64,000 nt of DNA from Desulfosudaceae bacterium (GCA_963674745.2 CAXXDV010000001.1:2368001-2432000); one strand, 5' to 3'. Positions 10,388 through 20,261 are shown, counted from the first letter of the stretch. Program-made: numbers and translations. The notes: generated from the sequence alone by a model not told the origin.

Positions 10388-10667
10388 ATTTGCGCTTGCC
10401 GTTGTCGGCCTGGTGATGATCGGTCTGGTCGGTTTGATCCTGTTCGGGCAGAACGGATACAGGGATTATCTTCATTTAAAAGAGCAGAAAGACATGCTGA
10501 CCATGAAAAACAGAACGGCTGAAGAGGCAAATCGTCTGCTTCGCCAACGGGTAGAGCGATTGCGGGACGATGATAAATATATCGAGTACATCGCCAGAAA
10601 GGAACTGGGCATGATTGCCGGCGATGAGGTTGTTTATAAATTTAAGCAACGGGAGGCAACGCCATGA
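10371..10667 (+). CDS. ftsB: Septum formation initiator (FtsB/DivIC family)
   Basis: TM helix, coiled coil and YIEYIARKELGMI motif. Confidence 0.8.
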   Translation: MKTSHKFALAVVGLVMIGLVGLILFGQNGYRDYLHLKEQKDMLTMKNRTAEEANRLLRQRVERLRDDDKYIEYIARKELGMIAGDEVVYKFKQREATP

Positions 10668-11308
10668 AGAATAATGCCATTTTTTATACGGCTTCAATGG
10701 CCAGGCTTTGTGCTGATCAGGGGTATTTTGATAAAAGTCTGGAAATTTATCGTTGCTTGCTGGAAACAGATCCGGCTAACGATGCCTTGCGTTCGGCCTT
10801 GAACACGGTTGAACAGGTCAAGGCGGCCGCTGTCGATTTTGCCACGGCAGAAGATGAAGCACCGGTGATTATTGTCGGTGAAGAGGCTGATGAGGAAGAG
10901 ACGATAGCAGATGCGATTAAAGCGATCAGCGGGGCAGAGAAAGAAAGCGTCGAAATGCCGAAGGCGGCAGCGACTGATCCCGGCGCCATAGAGGATGTGC
11001 CTGCTGTTACCGAAACAGTTGTGGCGACAAAGGCAGAAACAGCAGGGGCTGCTGAAGAGACTCCCGATGAAATGATAGAACAGCCGGAAGCTGTTGCCGA
11101 GATCACCGAAGCAGAGGACGCCCCTCCGGTGGTATCGGCAGAAAAGCATGCTGTTGATAAAGAGACCGCTGCAACTGAGGCTGGCGCCCAGGGCGGCCTC
11201 GAACCGGTGATTAAAAAGTGGGTGGAGTTGATGATTGAACATGACCTGAAGGCCAAATTTGATAAAATCCGTAAGGCCGTTACATATTTACAGCCACCCA
11301 CCGTTTAG
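10664..11308 (+). CDS. Hypothetical protein with N-terminal TPR-like motif and acidic low-complexity linker
   Basis: TASMARLCADQGYFDKSLEIY TPR-like start; Ala/Glu-rich middle; ATGA overlap with ftsB. Confidence 0.65.
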   Translation: MKNNAIFYTASMARLCADQGYFDKSLEIYRCLLETDPANDALRSALNTVEQVKAAAVDFATAEDEAPVIIVGEEADEEETIADAIKAISGAEKESVEMPKAAATDPGAIEDVPAVTETVVATKAETAGAAEETPDEMIEQPEAVAEITEAEDAPPVVSAEKHAVDKETAATEAGAQGGLEPVIKKWVELMIEHDLKAKFDKIRKAVTYLQPPTV

Positions 11309-11377
11309 GATCAAACCCATTGGGGCTGGTGCCCGGCTTTTTCGAAGCAGGCCCTGGTTCCAACGGAAATATTCAAT

Positions 11378-11884
11378 ATGCACTTTTACCAGATGATTAA
11401 AGAGGCGGCTATCTTGTCGGTGGCCGCCGTATTATTGGCCCTGGTGGTCAATTTTCTGTCTCCGGTCGGGATCCCGCTTGACCGCTACTATAAACCGCCG
11501 GTAGATCCGTCGTTTTCCGCAGACCCGTCGCTTCCAGTGGTATCGTCACCGTTTAAAATCATGAGTGTGTCGGAGGTGAAGCAGATGGTTGATTCTGGAG
11601 AAGGGGTTCTTGTGGACGCCCGTCCGGTCAAGCAATATAGAGCAGGCCATATCCCCGGCGCCTGCCCCCTTCCGTTATATCAGATGGATGAGTATCTGGA
11701 TTCGTTTTTTTCCGCGGTTTCATCCCTTGTCCCGATTGCGACATACTGCTCATCATTGACCTGTGAAGACAGCTACCTGCTGGCTAAAGAGCTGGCCGAC
11801 ATGGGGTACGAAGATATCAGGATCTTTGCCGGGGGCATGGCTGCCTGGGAGGAAAAGGGGTATAATATTGTCGTTCCGAAATAA
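11378..11884 (+). CDS. Membrane-anchored rhodanese-domain protein
   Basis: N-terminal TM helix; LVDAR, GHIPGA, YCSSLTC and GGMAAW motifs. Confidence 0.85.
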   Translation: MHFYQMIKEAAILSVAAVLLALVVNFLSPVGIPLDRYYKPPVDPSFSADPSLPVVSSPFKIMSVSEVKQMVDSGEGVLVDARPVKQYRAGHIPGACPLPLYQMDEYLDSFFSAVSSLVPIATYCSSLTCEDSYLLAKELADMGYEDIRIFAGGMAAWEEKGYNIVVPK

Positions 11885-12338
11885 CGAAACGAAGACCGCT
11901 TTAAATGTTGAAAGACTGGCCCGCTGGCTGCTGGGAGGGCTTTTTGTTTATGCCAGTTTTCACAAAATCGCCGATCCCGATCAGTTCGCACGGATTATCA
12001 ACGGCTATAAGCTTTTCCCCCTGATGGCCATTCATCCCATAACGGTGATTTGTCCGTTTTTTGAACTGGTCTGTGGTATGGCGCTGATCCTGGGCGTCTA
12101 CCCCCGTGGTGCGGTACTGGTTATCAACATGATGCTGTTGCTTTTTATTGTTGCAATTTCGATTAATCTCGTCCGTGGGCACGAGTTTATATGCGGCTGT
12201 TTTTCTTTCGCACATCAAACCGGTCGTACCGCTGCTATTCTTCTGCTCGTTCGGGATACCTTTTCTCTGGTCATCGGGTTATACATCCTGTTGAGCAGGC
12301 TGTTGGAGCCCGATCGATTTGTAAAGCATTCTTCTTAG
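11868..12338 (+). CDS. DoxX/MauE family membrane protein
   Basis: FVYASFHKI, ELVCG, CGCF and LVRD motifs; TTG start at 11868 is inferred. Confidence 0.8.
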   Translation: MSFRNNETKTALNVERLARWLLGGLFVYASFHKIADPDQFARIINGYKLFPLMAIHPITVICPFFELVCGMALILGVYPRGAVLVINMMLLLFIVAISINLVRGHEFICGCFSFAHQTGRTAAILLLVRDTFSLVIGLYILLSRLLEPDRFVKHSS

Positions 12339-12499
12339 CCCGTATATTCCTGGGTTTTGGTGATCATCATATGTTTCTGCAGGGCCGGTTAAAAAAACGG
12401 CGGGAATTGTTAGTAATAAGCTGTTTTTATAATTATATTCATCTTATTCGGAAAATTTAGAAATATCCGGCCGGGACAATAAAAAACTTGGAAAAGGGG

Positions 12500-12545
12500 T
12501 TGACAAGGATTTTATTCGATGCAATATTGAACTGACATGTCAGTT
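12500..12545 (+). promoter_or_regulatory. Promoter with 16-bp palindromic operator upstream of the acyl-CoA dehydrogenase genes
   Basis: TTGACA at 12500; perfect palindrome AACTGACATGTCAGTT at 12530-12545. Confidence 0.65.
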
Positions 12546-12611
12546 TTTTTGATTGGGAAAGTTCAGCCTTTCAAAAAATTTATCTAATACAGCTTATTCA
12601 GGAGGCGGCGT

Positions 12612-13706
12612 ATGCTTAATTTCGCAATGTCAAAACAGCAGGAGATGGTCAAAAAGGAGGTCGCAAAACTCGTTAAAAGTATAGTGGCCGAAAATGCCCA
12701 TGATATGGATGAAAGCGGCACCATACCCGGGGATTCAATTCAAAAAGCCTGGGAACTGGGATTCTCCGTCAATTCAGTACCGGAAGCGGTGGGTGGTTTC
12801 GGGATGGATGATTCCCCCCTGGAAAGCACGATCGTTTTAGAGGAACTGGCCTACGGTGACATGGCCTTTACCGTTGCCGTAACGGCACCGTCACTTTTTA
12901 TCTCGCCGTTGGCCAAAATGGGTACGGAAGACCAGAAAAAGAAGTACCTGCCGATGGTATGCAAGGATGATTTCGCACCCTGCACCCTGGCGCTCAACGA
13001 ACCCAGCTTTGCATTTGACGCGGTCTCTCTTAAGACAACCGCCGAAAAGAAAGGCAGTGCTTACATCTTAAACGGGACCAAATGTTTTGTTCCGCTGGCG
13101 TCCACGGCTTCGCATATCATGGTCGCTGCTGCCGCGGACGGAAAAAACGAGTTGTTTATCGTGGATGCCAAGAACCCGGGTGTGAAAATCGGTGAAAGGG
13201 AAAAAACCCTCGGGTTATATGCGTTGGAAATGAATCAGGTGGTTCTTGAAAACTGTGAAGTTCCGGCCGAAGATAAACTGGGCGGTGAAGAAGGTTGTGA
13301 TTACGGCCTGCTGCTTCAGCGGTCACGGGTCGCCATGTCGGCCATGGCAACAGGTGTGGCCAATGCGTCTTACGAGTTTGCCAGAGAATATGCCAAAACA
13401 AGAGAACAGTTCGGCGAGCCCATCTGCTATCGCCAATCCATCGCTTTCATGCTGGCCGAAATGGCCTACGAAGTGGATGCTTTACGCTTGATGACCTGGA
13501 AGGCGGCGTCAAAGCTGGAAGCCGGCAAAGATGGGACCCGGGAAGCATATCTGGCTAAATTGTACGCCGGTGAAATGGCCATGAAGATCGCCGATTACGG
13601 TGTTCAGATCCTGGGCGGTCACGGCTATATCCGGGAATATCCGGTTGAGCGGTATTATCGCAATGCCAGGAGCTTCAGCACGGTTGAGGCGCTTTCTTGC
13701 ATTTAA
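12612..13706 (+). CDS. Acyl-CoA dehydrogenase family protein (FadE24-like)
   Basis: EELAYGD, LNGTKCF, REQFG and QILGGHGY motifs; short C-terminus. Confidence 0.9.
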   Translation: MLNFAMSKQQEMVKKEVAKLVKSIVAENAHDMDESGTIPGDSIQKAWELGFSVNSVPEAVGGFGMDDSPLESTIVLEELAYGDMAFTVAVTAPSLFISPLAKMGTEDQKKKYLPMVCKDDFAPCTLALNEPSFAFDAVSLKTTAEKKGSAYILNGTKCFVPLASTASHIMVAAAADGKNELFIVDAKNPGVKIGEREKTLGLYALEMNQVVLENCEVPAEDKLGGEEGCDYGLLLQRSRVAMSAMATGVANASYEFAREYAKTREQFGEPICYRQSIAFMLAEMAYEVDALRLMTWKAASKLEAGKDGTREAYLAKLYAGEMAMKIADYGVQILGGHGYIREYPVERYYRNARSFSTVEALSCI

Positions 13707-13774
13707 TCTCGTTTTTGTATTGTTTACAGACTAATTGACCAAAGACATGACATATATATTTTAAGGAGAGACCA

Positions 13775-14971
13775 ATGTTAGATCTCGAATTCTCAGAAAA
13801 ACTTGAAAAAGTGGCTACCAGCATGAGAGGGTTCGCCATGGGTTTGCTGCGACCCGTCGCACGGAAATATGATGAAGCCGAGCACGAGTACCCCAAAGAA
13901 CTGGATGTATTAAGGGGTATGGGCGGTGCTATGGGCGGTGGTAAGAAAAAGAAAAAAGACGGTGAGCCGGAAAAGAAAAAAGAGGCCTCGGACACAACCA
14001 GCAATATTTCCATTATCGTTACCGTCGAGCAGATGTGTTACGGTGACACGGGACTGATGTTGACCATTCCCGGCCAGGGGCTGGGCAACGCGGCCATCGC
14101 GGCTGTGGCAACGCCTGAGCAAATGGAGAAATACGGTGACATGTGGGCGGCCATGGCCATTACCGAGCCTGCTTCCGGATCAGACTCAGGTTCTATTCAA
14201 ACCACTGCCGAACTGGATGGTGATGAATGGGTTTTGAACGGCGAGAAAATTTTTGTCACCTGCGCCGACCGGTGTGACTGTGTTGTTGTATGGGCCAACA
14301 TTGATAAAGAAGCGGGCAAGGCCGGTATCAAGTCATTTATCGTGGAGAAGGGTACGCCCGGTTTCAAGCTTGAACACCTGGAGCATAAACTCGGTATCCG
14401 CGCTTCTGATACAGGTACTTTTGTACTGAATAACTGCCGTATCCCCAAGGAAAATCTTCTGGGCAGCGCTGAAATCAAGAAGGGCGGTGAAGGCTTCAAG
14501 GGCGTCATGAAGACGTTTGATAATACCCGTCCCATGGTGGCGGCCATGTCCAACGGCGTGGCTGCTGCGGCCATTGATTTTACCCGGGAAAAGATGGAAG
14601 AAGCCGGCTATAAAATTGATTATGGTAAGAATCCAAACAATTTAAGCAGCTTGGAAAAAGAGTTTTACTGGATGGAAGCAAACCTCGAGGCCATGCGTCT
14701 GCTGACGTTGCGGGCGGCCTGGATGGCGGATAATAAAATGTTCAACAACCTGGAAGCCTCCATGTCCAAGGCCAAAGCCGGTCGCTACGGCACCCTGATA
14801 ACCCAGAAATGTTGTGACCTCCTCGGCCCTCTGGGCTTTTCCCGGGAGCATCTGGCGGAAAAATGGATGCGTGACAGTAAAATTCTGGACATTTTTGAAG
14901 GAACCGGTCAGATCCAGCATTTGATTGTGGCCAGAAACATCTTGAATTTGTCAAGAAAAGAGCTTAAGTAA
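13775..14971 (+). CDS. Acyl-CoA dehydrogenase (FadE23-like)
   Basis: RPVARKYDEAEHEYP, MAITEP, LNGEKIF, KLGIRAS and IFEGT motifs. Confidence 0.9.
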   Translation: MLDLEFSEKLEKVATSMRGFAMGLLRPVARKYDEAEHEYPKELDVLRGMGGAMGGGKKKKKDGEPEKKKEASDTTSNISIIVTVEQMCYGDTGLMLTIPGQGLGNAAIAAVATPEQMEKYGDMWAAMAITEPASGSDSGSIQTTAELDGDEWVLNGEKIFVTCADRCDCVVVWANIDKEAGKAGIKSFIVEKGTPGFKLEHLEHKLGIRASDTGTFVLNNCRIPKENLLGSAEIKKGGEGFKGVMKTFDNTRPMVAAMSNGVAAAAIDFTREKMEEAGYKIDYGKNPNNLSSLEKEFYWMEANLEAMRLLTLRAAWMADNKMFNNLEASMSKAKAGRYGTLITQKCCDLLGPLGFSREHLAEKWMRDSKILDIFEGTGQIQHLIVARNILNLSRKELK

Positions 14972-15084
14972 TCTGACAGTATCAATTTTCGATTTTTGAT
15001 AAAGGTGTTTTTGTTCTAAGAGAGCCATAATCGTGAATTTATCAGTTGATGAATTCGGAAAAAGACTAAATAAGGAGGTCGGTA

Positions 15085-16248
15085 ATGAATTTGGATGATA
15101 TCAAAAAAGTAGCAGTTATCGGTTCTGGAGCCATGGGCAATGGTATTGCCCAGATCTGTGCCATGGCCGGGTTGCAGGTGACCATGGTGGACATCAAGCA
15201 GGAATTCGTTGACCGTGGTATGGCCACCATCAATAAAAGCCTGGATTTTCTGGTCGGCAAAGGCAAACTGTCCGCTGAAGATAAGGACGGGGTGCTTAAA
15301 AATCTGTCTACTTCCCTGAATAACGCGGAAGCGGTGGCGGACGTCCAGGCTGTAATTGAGGCGGTTCCGGAGATCATGGACTTAAAGAAAAAGGTTTTTG
15401 GGGAAATATCAGAAGCCGCCCCTGCGGATGCACTGCTGGCGACCAATACCTCGACCATGAGCATTACCGAAATCGCTTCGGCCGGAAAAAACCAGGAACG
15501 GATTCTGGGAATGCATTTCTTCAATCCTGTCCCGGTCATGAAGGGCGTGGAGATTATTTACGGCGATAAGACCTCTGATGCCAGCGTGGATCTTCTCTGC
15601 GAACTGACCACGAAAATCAAGAAAATTCCCATCAAGGTCCTCAAGGATGCGCCTGGATTTATCGTCAACCGTATCGGCGCGCCAAATCAAGCCCTGATCA
15701 ACGCCCTCCTGGATGAAGGCAAAGTCAAGCCCGACACGATTGACGCCATCATGAAACAGACGGGCATGCCCATGGGGCCCTTTGAACTGGCGGATTATGT
15801 CGGTATCGATGTTTTCTATCACACGCTCAAGTACTACGCCGAAACGCTTTCTGCGGATTTTACTCCCGGTAAAACACTGCAGGGTTTGATGGACAGCGGC
15901 AACCTGGGCATGAAATCCGGCCAAGGGATCTACACCTGGGTAGATGGCAAAGCCCAGATCGATTTGTCTGAACCGTCCCAGGAAATCGGCCCCATGGATT
16001 TTCTGGCCATTCAGATCAATGAGGCTGTTCGGGTCTACAAAGAAAAAATCGCGGCGTCCATAGACGATATCGACCAGGGTATGGTGCACTGCATGCGGGC
16101 TTTTGCCGGTCCCTTCGCCCTGACCGCGGGCATGGAACCCCAGCAACTGGCCGACGCCCTGAACAAACTGCATGATCGTTTCGGTCTGGCCATTTATAAG
16201 CCTGAGCCGGAAATCGTCGACGGGTCATACAAGACCTTGGGCAAGTAG
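15085..16248 (+). CDS. 3-hydroxyacyl-CoA dehydrogenase
   Basis: GSGAMGNGIA, EAVPE, TNTS, GMHFFNP, PGFIVNR and PMGPF motifs. Confidence 0.92.
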   Translation: MNLDDIKKVAVIGSGAMGNGIAQICAMAGLQVTMVDIKQEFVDRGMATINKSLDFLVGKGKLSAEDKDGVLKNLSTSLNNAEAVADVQAVIEAVPEIMDLKKKVFGEISEAAPADALLATNTSTMSITEIASAGKNQERILGMHFFNPVPVMKGVEIIYGDKTSDASVDLLCELTTKIKKIPIKVLKDAPGFIVNRIGAPNQALINALLDEGKVKPDTIDAIMKQTGMPMGPFELADYVGIDVFYHTLKYYAETLSADFTPGKTLQGLMDSGNLGMKSGQGIYTWVDGKAQIDLSEPSQEIGPMDFLAIQINEAVRVYKEKIAASIDDIDQGMVHCMRAFAGPFALTAGMEPQQLADALNKLHDRFGLAIYKPEPEIVDGSYKTLGK

Positions 16249-16277
16249 TTTATTAAAATAAATCAGTTAATTGCAAT

Positions 16278-16316
16278 GCGGGGGGGCGACGGACAGTCGT
16301 TTCCCCGCTTTTTTTT
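16278..16316 (+). terminator. Intrinsic terminator
   Basis: GC-rich hairpin followed by a T8 run. Confidence 0.8.
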
Positions 16317-16356
16317 GGTGGGGAAAAATGCTGATGTCAAAAAAGACCGAATTGTA

Positions 16357-16385
16357 TTGACAAGATATTAATATGGTTATAGACT
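16357..16385 (+). promoter_or_regulatory. Sigma70 promoter for the acs operon
   Basis: TTGACA-N17-TAGACT. Confidence 0.65.
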
Positions 16386-16570
16386 GACTATTTTGATGTA
16401 GGGGCCTAAAAAGGGCTTTTGCAACATGTTGAAAATAAAGGATATTTACACATTGAGTGTTTATGTATATTAGGGCTATTAAATGGCTGGTCGGTTAAGG
16501 CAGGGGGGTTGGTCTTCTGCCCGGCGCCGACAGCCGCGACAAAGAACGTATTTTTTATAAGGAGGTAGCT

Positions 16571-18100
16571 GTGGGTTTTGAAATGACGAAAGAAGCTTAT
16601 GCCGGCAGCATAAAGGAAGTCTCCTTCGGTAAAGGCAAAACTGCCGTTAAAGTCGGAGGGGAAACGAGTTATCCCTTTTATCTGTTCGAAGGTGAAATGC
16701 CGAATAAGCCCAAAGTGGCTATGGAAATTTGGGACATGGAACCGGATGACTGGCCTGAATGGGCTGTGGCACCGTTCAAGGATGTTATTGCCGATACCGG
16801 GGCCTGGGCCAAAAAGTGCGTCGAAAAATTCGGCGCGGATTTGATCGTACTGCAGATGAAAAGCACGGATCCCAACGGGAATAACACCAGTGCCGCCGAC
16901 GCGGTCGCGACCGTCAAAAAAGTGGTCGGCGCTGTCAAGGTCCCGGTTATTATCTGGGGGACCGCCAATGTTGAAAAAGATGAAGAAGTCTTTAAAAAGG
17001 TAGCCGAGGAATGCCAGGACGTTCAGTTGACCATGGGTCCGGTGGAAGAAAAAAATTATAAAGGGATTGGCGCCGCCGCCATGGGTTACGGCCATGCCGT
17101 TATCTCTTCTTCTCCGATTGACGTCAACCTGGCCAAGCAGATCAATATTCTGCTGGAAAACCTGGGTATGCCCATGGAACGGGTTATCATTGATCCCACC
17201 ACCGGTGGTCTGGGTTACGGCCTCGAATATTCCTACTCTGTCATGGAACGTCTGCGTGCGGCAGCCATGAGCCAGGGTGATGACAAGCTTCAGTTCCCCA
17301 TGATCAATAATCTTGGTAACGAGGTCTGGAGATGCAAAGAAGCCAAGCAGCCGGTTGATGAAGCGCCTACGCTGGGTGATCCGGAAAGGCGGGCCATTCT
17401 GATGGAAGCCGTCGGTGCCGCGACCTACCTGATGGCCGGCAGCGATATCTTGATCATGCGGCATCCGGAATCGGTTCGTATGGTGCGTGCCTTTATTGAC
17501 AAACTGACCGATGGCGGTTCACTGTCCGATCTGGCCGGTATTGAAAAACTGCTCGACGAAGCCAAGGTTGATTACGCCGCGCTGGCACCCAAACCGGATC
17601 TGACCATCGAAGAAGAAAAGAAACCCGCGCCCAAGAAAGCGGCCCCGGCAGCCAAGAAAGCTGCACCGGCAGCCAAGAAAGCCGCCCCCAAGGCCGCGCC
17701 CAAGGCCGCCCCGGCGGCAGCAGCAGCTCCGGCAGCGGCAGCTCCGGCAGCCCCGGCAGCCCCGGCAGCCCCGGCAGTCGATGCTGCGGCAGTAGCCAAA
17801 GCCGAAGCCGAAGCCGCGGCCAAAGCCAAAGCCGAAGCCGAAGCCAAAGCCAAAGTTGAAGCCGAAGCCAAGGCCAAGGCCGAAGCCGAAGCCCAGAAAA
17901 AGGCCGAAGCTGAAGCCCGCGCTAAACGCGATGAAGAGGAAAACGCCCTGCGCCTGAAACGGGCCGAAGAGAAGGCCCAGGCAGCGGCGAAGCGGAAACC
18001 GACGGTCAAGTCGACCATCAAAGTAACGGCGGCCGGCGATGTGATGTCCGGGCTGGACGAGATCCTCGCTAATCTGGATCGGTTCCACAAACGCGGATAA
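16571..18100 (+). CDS. acsD: Corrinoid Fe-S protein small subunit with Ala/Lys/Pro-rich C-terminal extension
   Basis: STDPNG, SPIDVNLAKQ, DPTTGGLGYGLEY and IMRHP motifs; GTG start with AGGAGG RBS. Confidence 0.93.
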   Translation: MGFEMTKEAYAGSIKEVSFGKGKTAVKVGGETSYPFYLFEGEMPNKPKVAMEIWDMEPDDWPEWAVAPFKDVIADTGAWAKKCVEKFGADLIVLQMKSTDPNGNNTSAADAVATVKKVVGAVKVPVIIWGTANVEKDEEVFKKVAEECQDVQLTMGPVEEKNYKGIGAAAMGYGHAVISSSPIDVNLAKQINILLENLGMPMERVIIDPTTGGLGYGLEYSYSVMERLRAAAMSQGDDKLQFPMINNLGNEVWRCKEAKQPVDEAPTLGDPERRAILMEAVGAATYLMAGSDILIMRHPESVRMVRAFIDKLTDGGSLSDLAGIEKLLDEAKVDYAALAPKPDLTIEEEKKPAPKKAAPAAKKAAPAAKKAAPKAAPKAAPAAAAAPAAAAPAAPAAPAAPAVDAAAVAKAEAEAAAKAKAEAEAKAKVEAEAKAKAEAEAQKKAEAEARAKRDEEENALRLKRAEEKAQAAAKRKPTVKSTIKVTAAGDVMSGLDEILANLDRFHKRG

Positions 18101-18183
18101 GCCGGAGACCGGCTGAAAATATAGTGATTCGGCGGATAAGCCGAGAAAAAATCAAGTTGACATAATATGAGGAGGAACCTCTG

Positions 18184-20220
18184 ATGGCAGATGAAGAAAA
18201 AAAAGTAGCAGCCAAGGCTCCCAAAACCCCGAAGCTGGCTGATCCCATCAAGGCGTCCATCGATCCTGCAACTCAGCAGATGATCGCCCGGGCCCAGGAA
18301 CTGGGAATTGACACTGTTTTTGACAGAGCCGAAGCTATGAAACCCTGCGGTATCGGTATGCAGGGGATTTGTTGTAAAAACTGTTCCATGGGCCCCTGCC
18401 GGCTGCCTCTCCCTAAGGGGGGAATCGTGGGTGAAGACACACGTAAAGGCCTGTGCGGCGCCACCGCCAACACCATCGCGGCCCGGAATTTTATCCGCAT
18501 GATCGCCGGCGGCGCGTCCGCCCATTCCGATCATGGTCGTTGCGTGGCTGAAGTCTTTTTGTCCGCGGCCCGTAAGGAAACAGAAGCTTACAAGATTAAA
18601 GATACCCAGAAACTGCTGGCCGTGGCCGAGGCGCTTGAGGTGGCCACCACGGTGGAAGTGGACGGAGAAACCAAAGCCAGGGACATGGATGAGATCGCCC
18701 TGGAAACCGCTGAAAAAGCAATGGCCGAGTGGGGCAAACCCGAAGGCGAACTGATTTATGCCAAGCGCGCTCCGGCCCCGCTTTATGAAAAATGGAAGAA
18801 AAACGGCGTTATCCCCAGAAACATTGATCGGGAAATCGTCGAAATCATGCATCGCACCCACATGGGCGTGGACCAGGACTATCGGAACCTGATGAAGCAG
18901 GGCACCCGGGCCGCCATCGCCGATGGTTGGGGCGGTTCCATGCTGGCCACTGACCTGCAGGACATTATTTTCGGGACACCGACGCCGGTTCAGTCCGAGG
19001 CCAATCTGGGCGTCATGAAAGAAGATCATGTTAATCTTATTTTGCATGGTCATGAGCCGGTTCTGTCCGAAATCGTCGTGGCGGTAGCTCAGTCCCAGGA
19101 GATGATCGACTATGCCAAGAAAAAAGGCGCCAAGGGAATTCAGCTCAGTGGTATCTGCTGTACGGCCAATGAAATCCTGCAACGGCATGGTATCCCGACC
19201 GCGGCCACCTTCCTGCAGCAGGAACTGGCCATTATCACCGGTGCCTGTGATGCCATGGTCGTGGACATTCAGTGTATCATGCAGAACCTGGCCAATGTGG
19301 CCAAGTGCTTCCACACCAAGCTGATCACCACCCACCCCATCGCCAAGATGGAGCAGGATAATGTCATTCATATCGAGTTTGACGAACATCATGCCATGGA
19401 AGACGCCAAGAAGATCGTCAAGCTGGCCATCGATAACTACGAAAACCGTCGGACCGAGGTCATGATCCCGCGGCACAAGTCGGCGCAGGTGGCCGGCTTC
19501 GGCGTAGAGTCCATTGAGTACCATCTGGGCGGCTCTTTCCGAGGCACCTATTATACCCTGAACGACAACATCATCAACGGTCGTATCCGGGGTATTGCCG
19601 GTGTGGTCGGTTGTAACAACGCCCGCACCCGTCACAATGAAGGTCATATCACCGTCGTAAAAGAACTCATCAAGAACGATGTCATCGTTCTGACCACCGG
19701 TTGTAACGCCATTGCCTGCGCCATGGAAGGTCTGTTGACGCCTGAATCCGCCGGTGTCTACTGCGGTCCGGGTCTGGCTGAGGTCTGCGAGACCGTCGGG
19801 ATCCCCCCGGTACTTCACCTGGGTTCCTGTGTGGATAACAGTCGGATTCTGCTGGCGGCCACCGAAGTGGTCAAGGCCGGCGGCCTGGGCAATGATATCT
19901 GCGATCTGCCCGCGGCCGGAAGTGCGCCCGAATGGATGAGCGAGAAAGCCATCAGCATCGGCCATTATTTTGTGGTTTCGGGTGTCTATACGGTCTTTGG
20001 CGTGACCCTGCCGGTGGACGGTGCGCCGGTATTCCAGGATCACCTTTTTAAAGACTACGAGAAACTGTACGGCGGTATGTGGGACCTGGAAGTCGATCCC
20101 ATCAAGCATGCCCACAAGATGATCGCCCACATCGACAAAAAGCGGAAGGCGCTGGGTATTGACAAGGCCAGAGAACGTGTCCTCATGGATATGGCCGATC
20201 GTCAGGCACTGGAAGCTTAG
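18184..20220 (+). CDS. cooS: Anaerobic Ni-Fe carbon monoxide dehydrogenase catalytic subunit
   Basis: CCKNCSMGPC, HGHEP, GICCT, GSCVDN and PEWMSEKA motifs. Confidence 0.96.
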   Translation: MADEEKKVAAKAPKTPKLADPIKASIDPATQQMIARAQELGIDTVFDRAEAMKPCGIGMQGICCKNCSMGPCRLPLPKGGIVGEDTRKGLCGATANTIAARNFIRMIAGGASAHSDHGRCVAEVFLSAARKETEAYKIKDTQKLLAVAEALEVATTVEVDGETKARDMDEIALETAEKAMAEWGKPEGELIYAKRAPAPLYEKWKKNGVIPRNIDREIVEIMHRTHMGVDQDYRNLMKQGTRAAIADGWGGSMLATDLQDIIFGTPTPVQSEANLGVMKEDHVNLILHGHEPVLSEIVVAVAQSQEMIDYAKKKGAKGIQLSGICCTANEILQRHGIPTAATFLQQELAIITGACDAMVVDIQCIMQNLANVAKCFHTKLITTHPIAKMEQDNVIHIEFDEHHAMEDAKKIVKLAIDNYENRRTEVMIPRHKSAQVAGFGVESIEYHLGGSFRGTYYTLNDNIINGRIRGIAGVVGCNNARTRHNEGHITVVKELIKNDVIVLTTGCNAIACAMEGLLTPESAGVYCGPGLAEVCETVGIPPVLHLGSCVDNSRILLAATEVVKAGGLGNDICDLPAAGSAPEWMSEKAISIGHYFVVSGVYTVFGVTLPVDGAPVFQDHLFKDYEKLYGGMWDLEVDPIKHAHKMIAHIDKKRKALGIDKARERVLMDMADRQALEA

Positions 20221-20261
20221 TGGATATTATATGAATAAAAGCCTCAACGAAGGAGGACAAT

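Noticed and set aside
17572..20130. 852-aa antisense ORF over acsD/cooS
   Set aside because: Shadow of strongly codon-biased sense genes; no recognisable motifs
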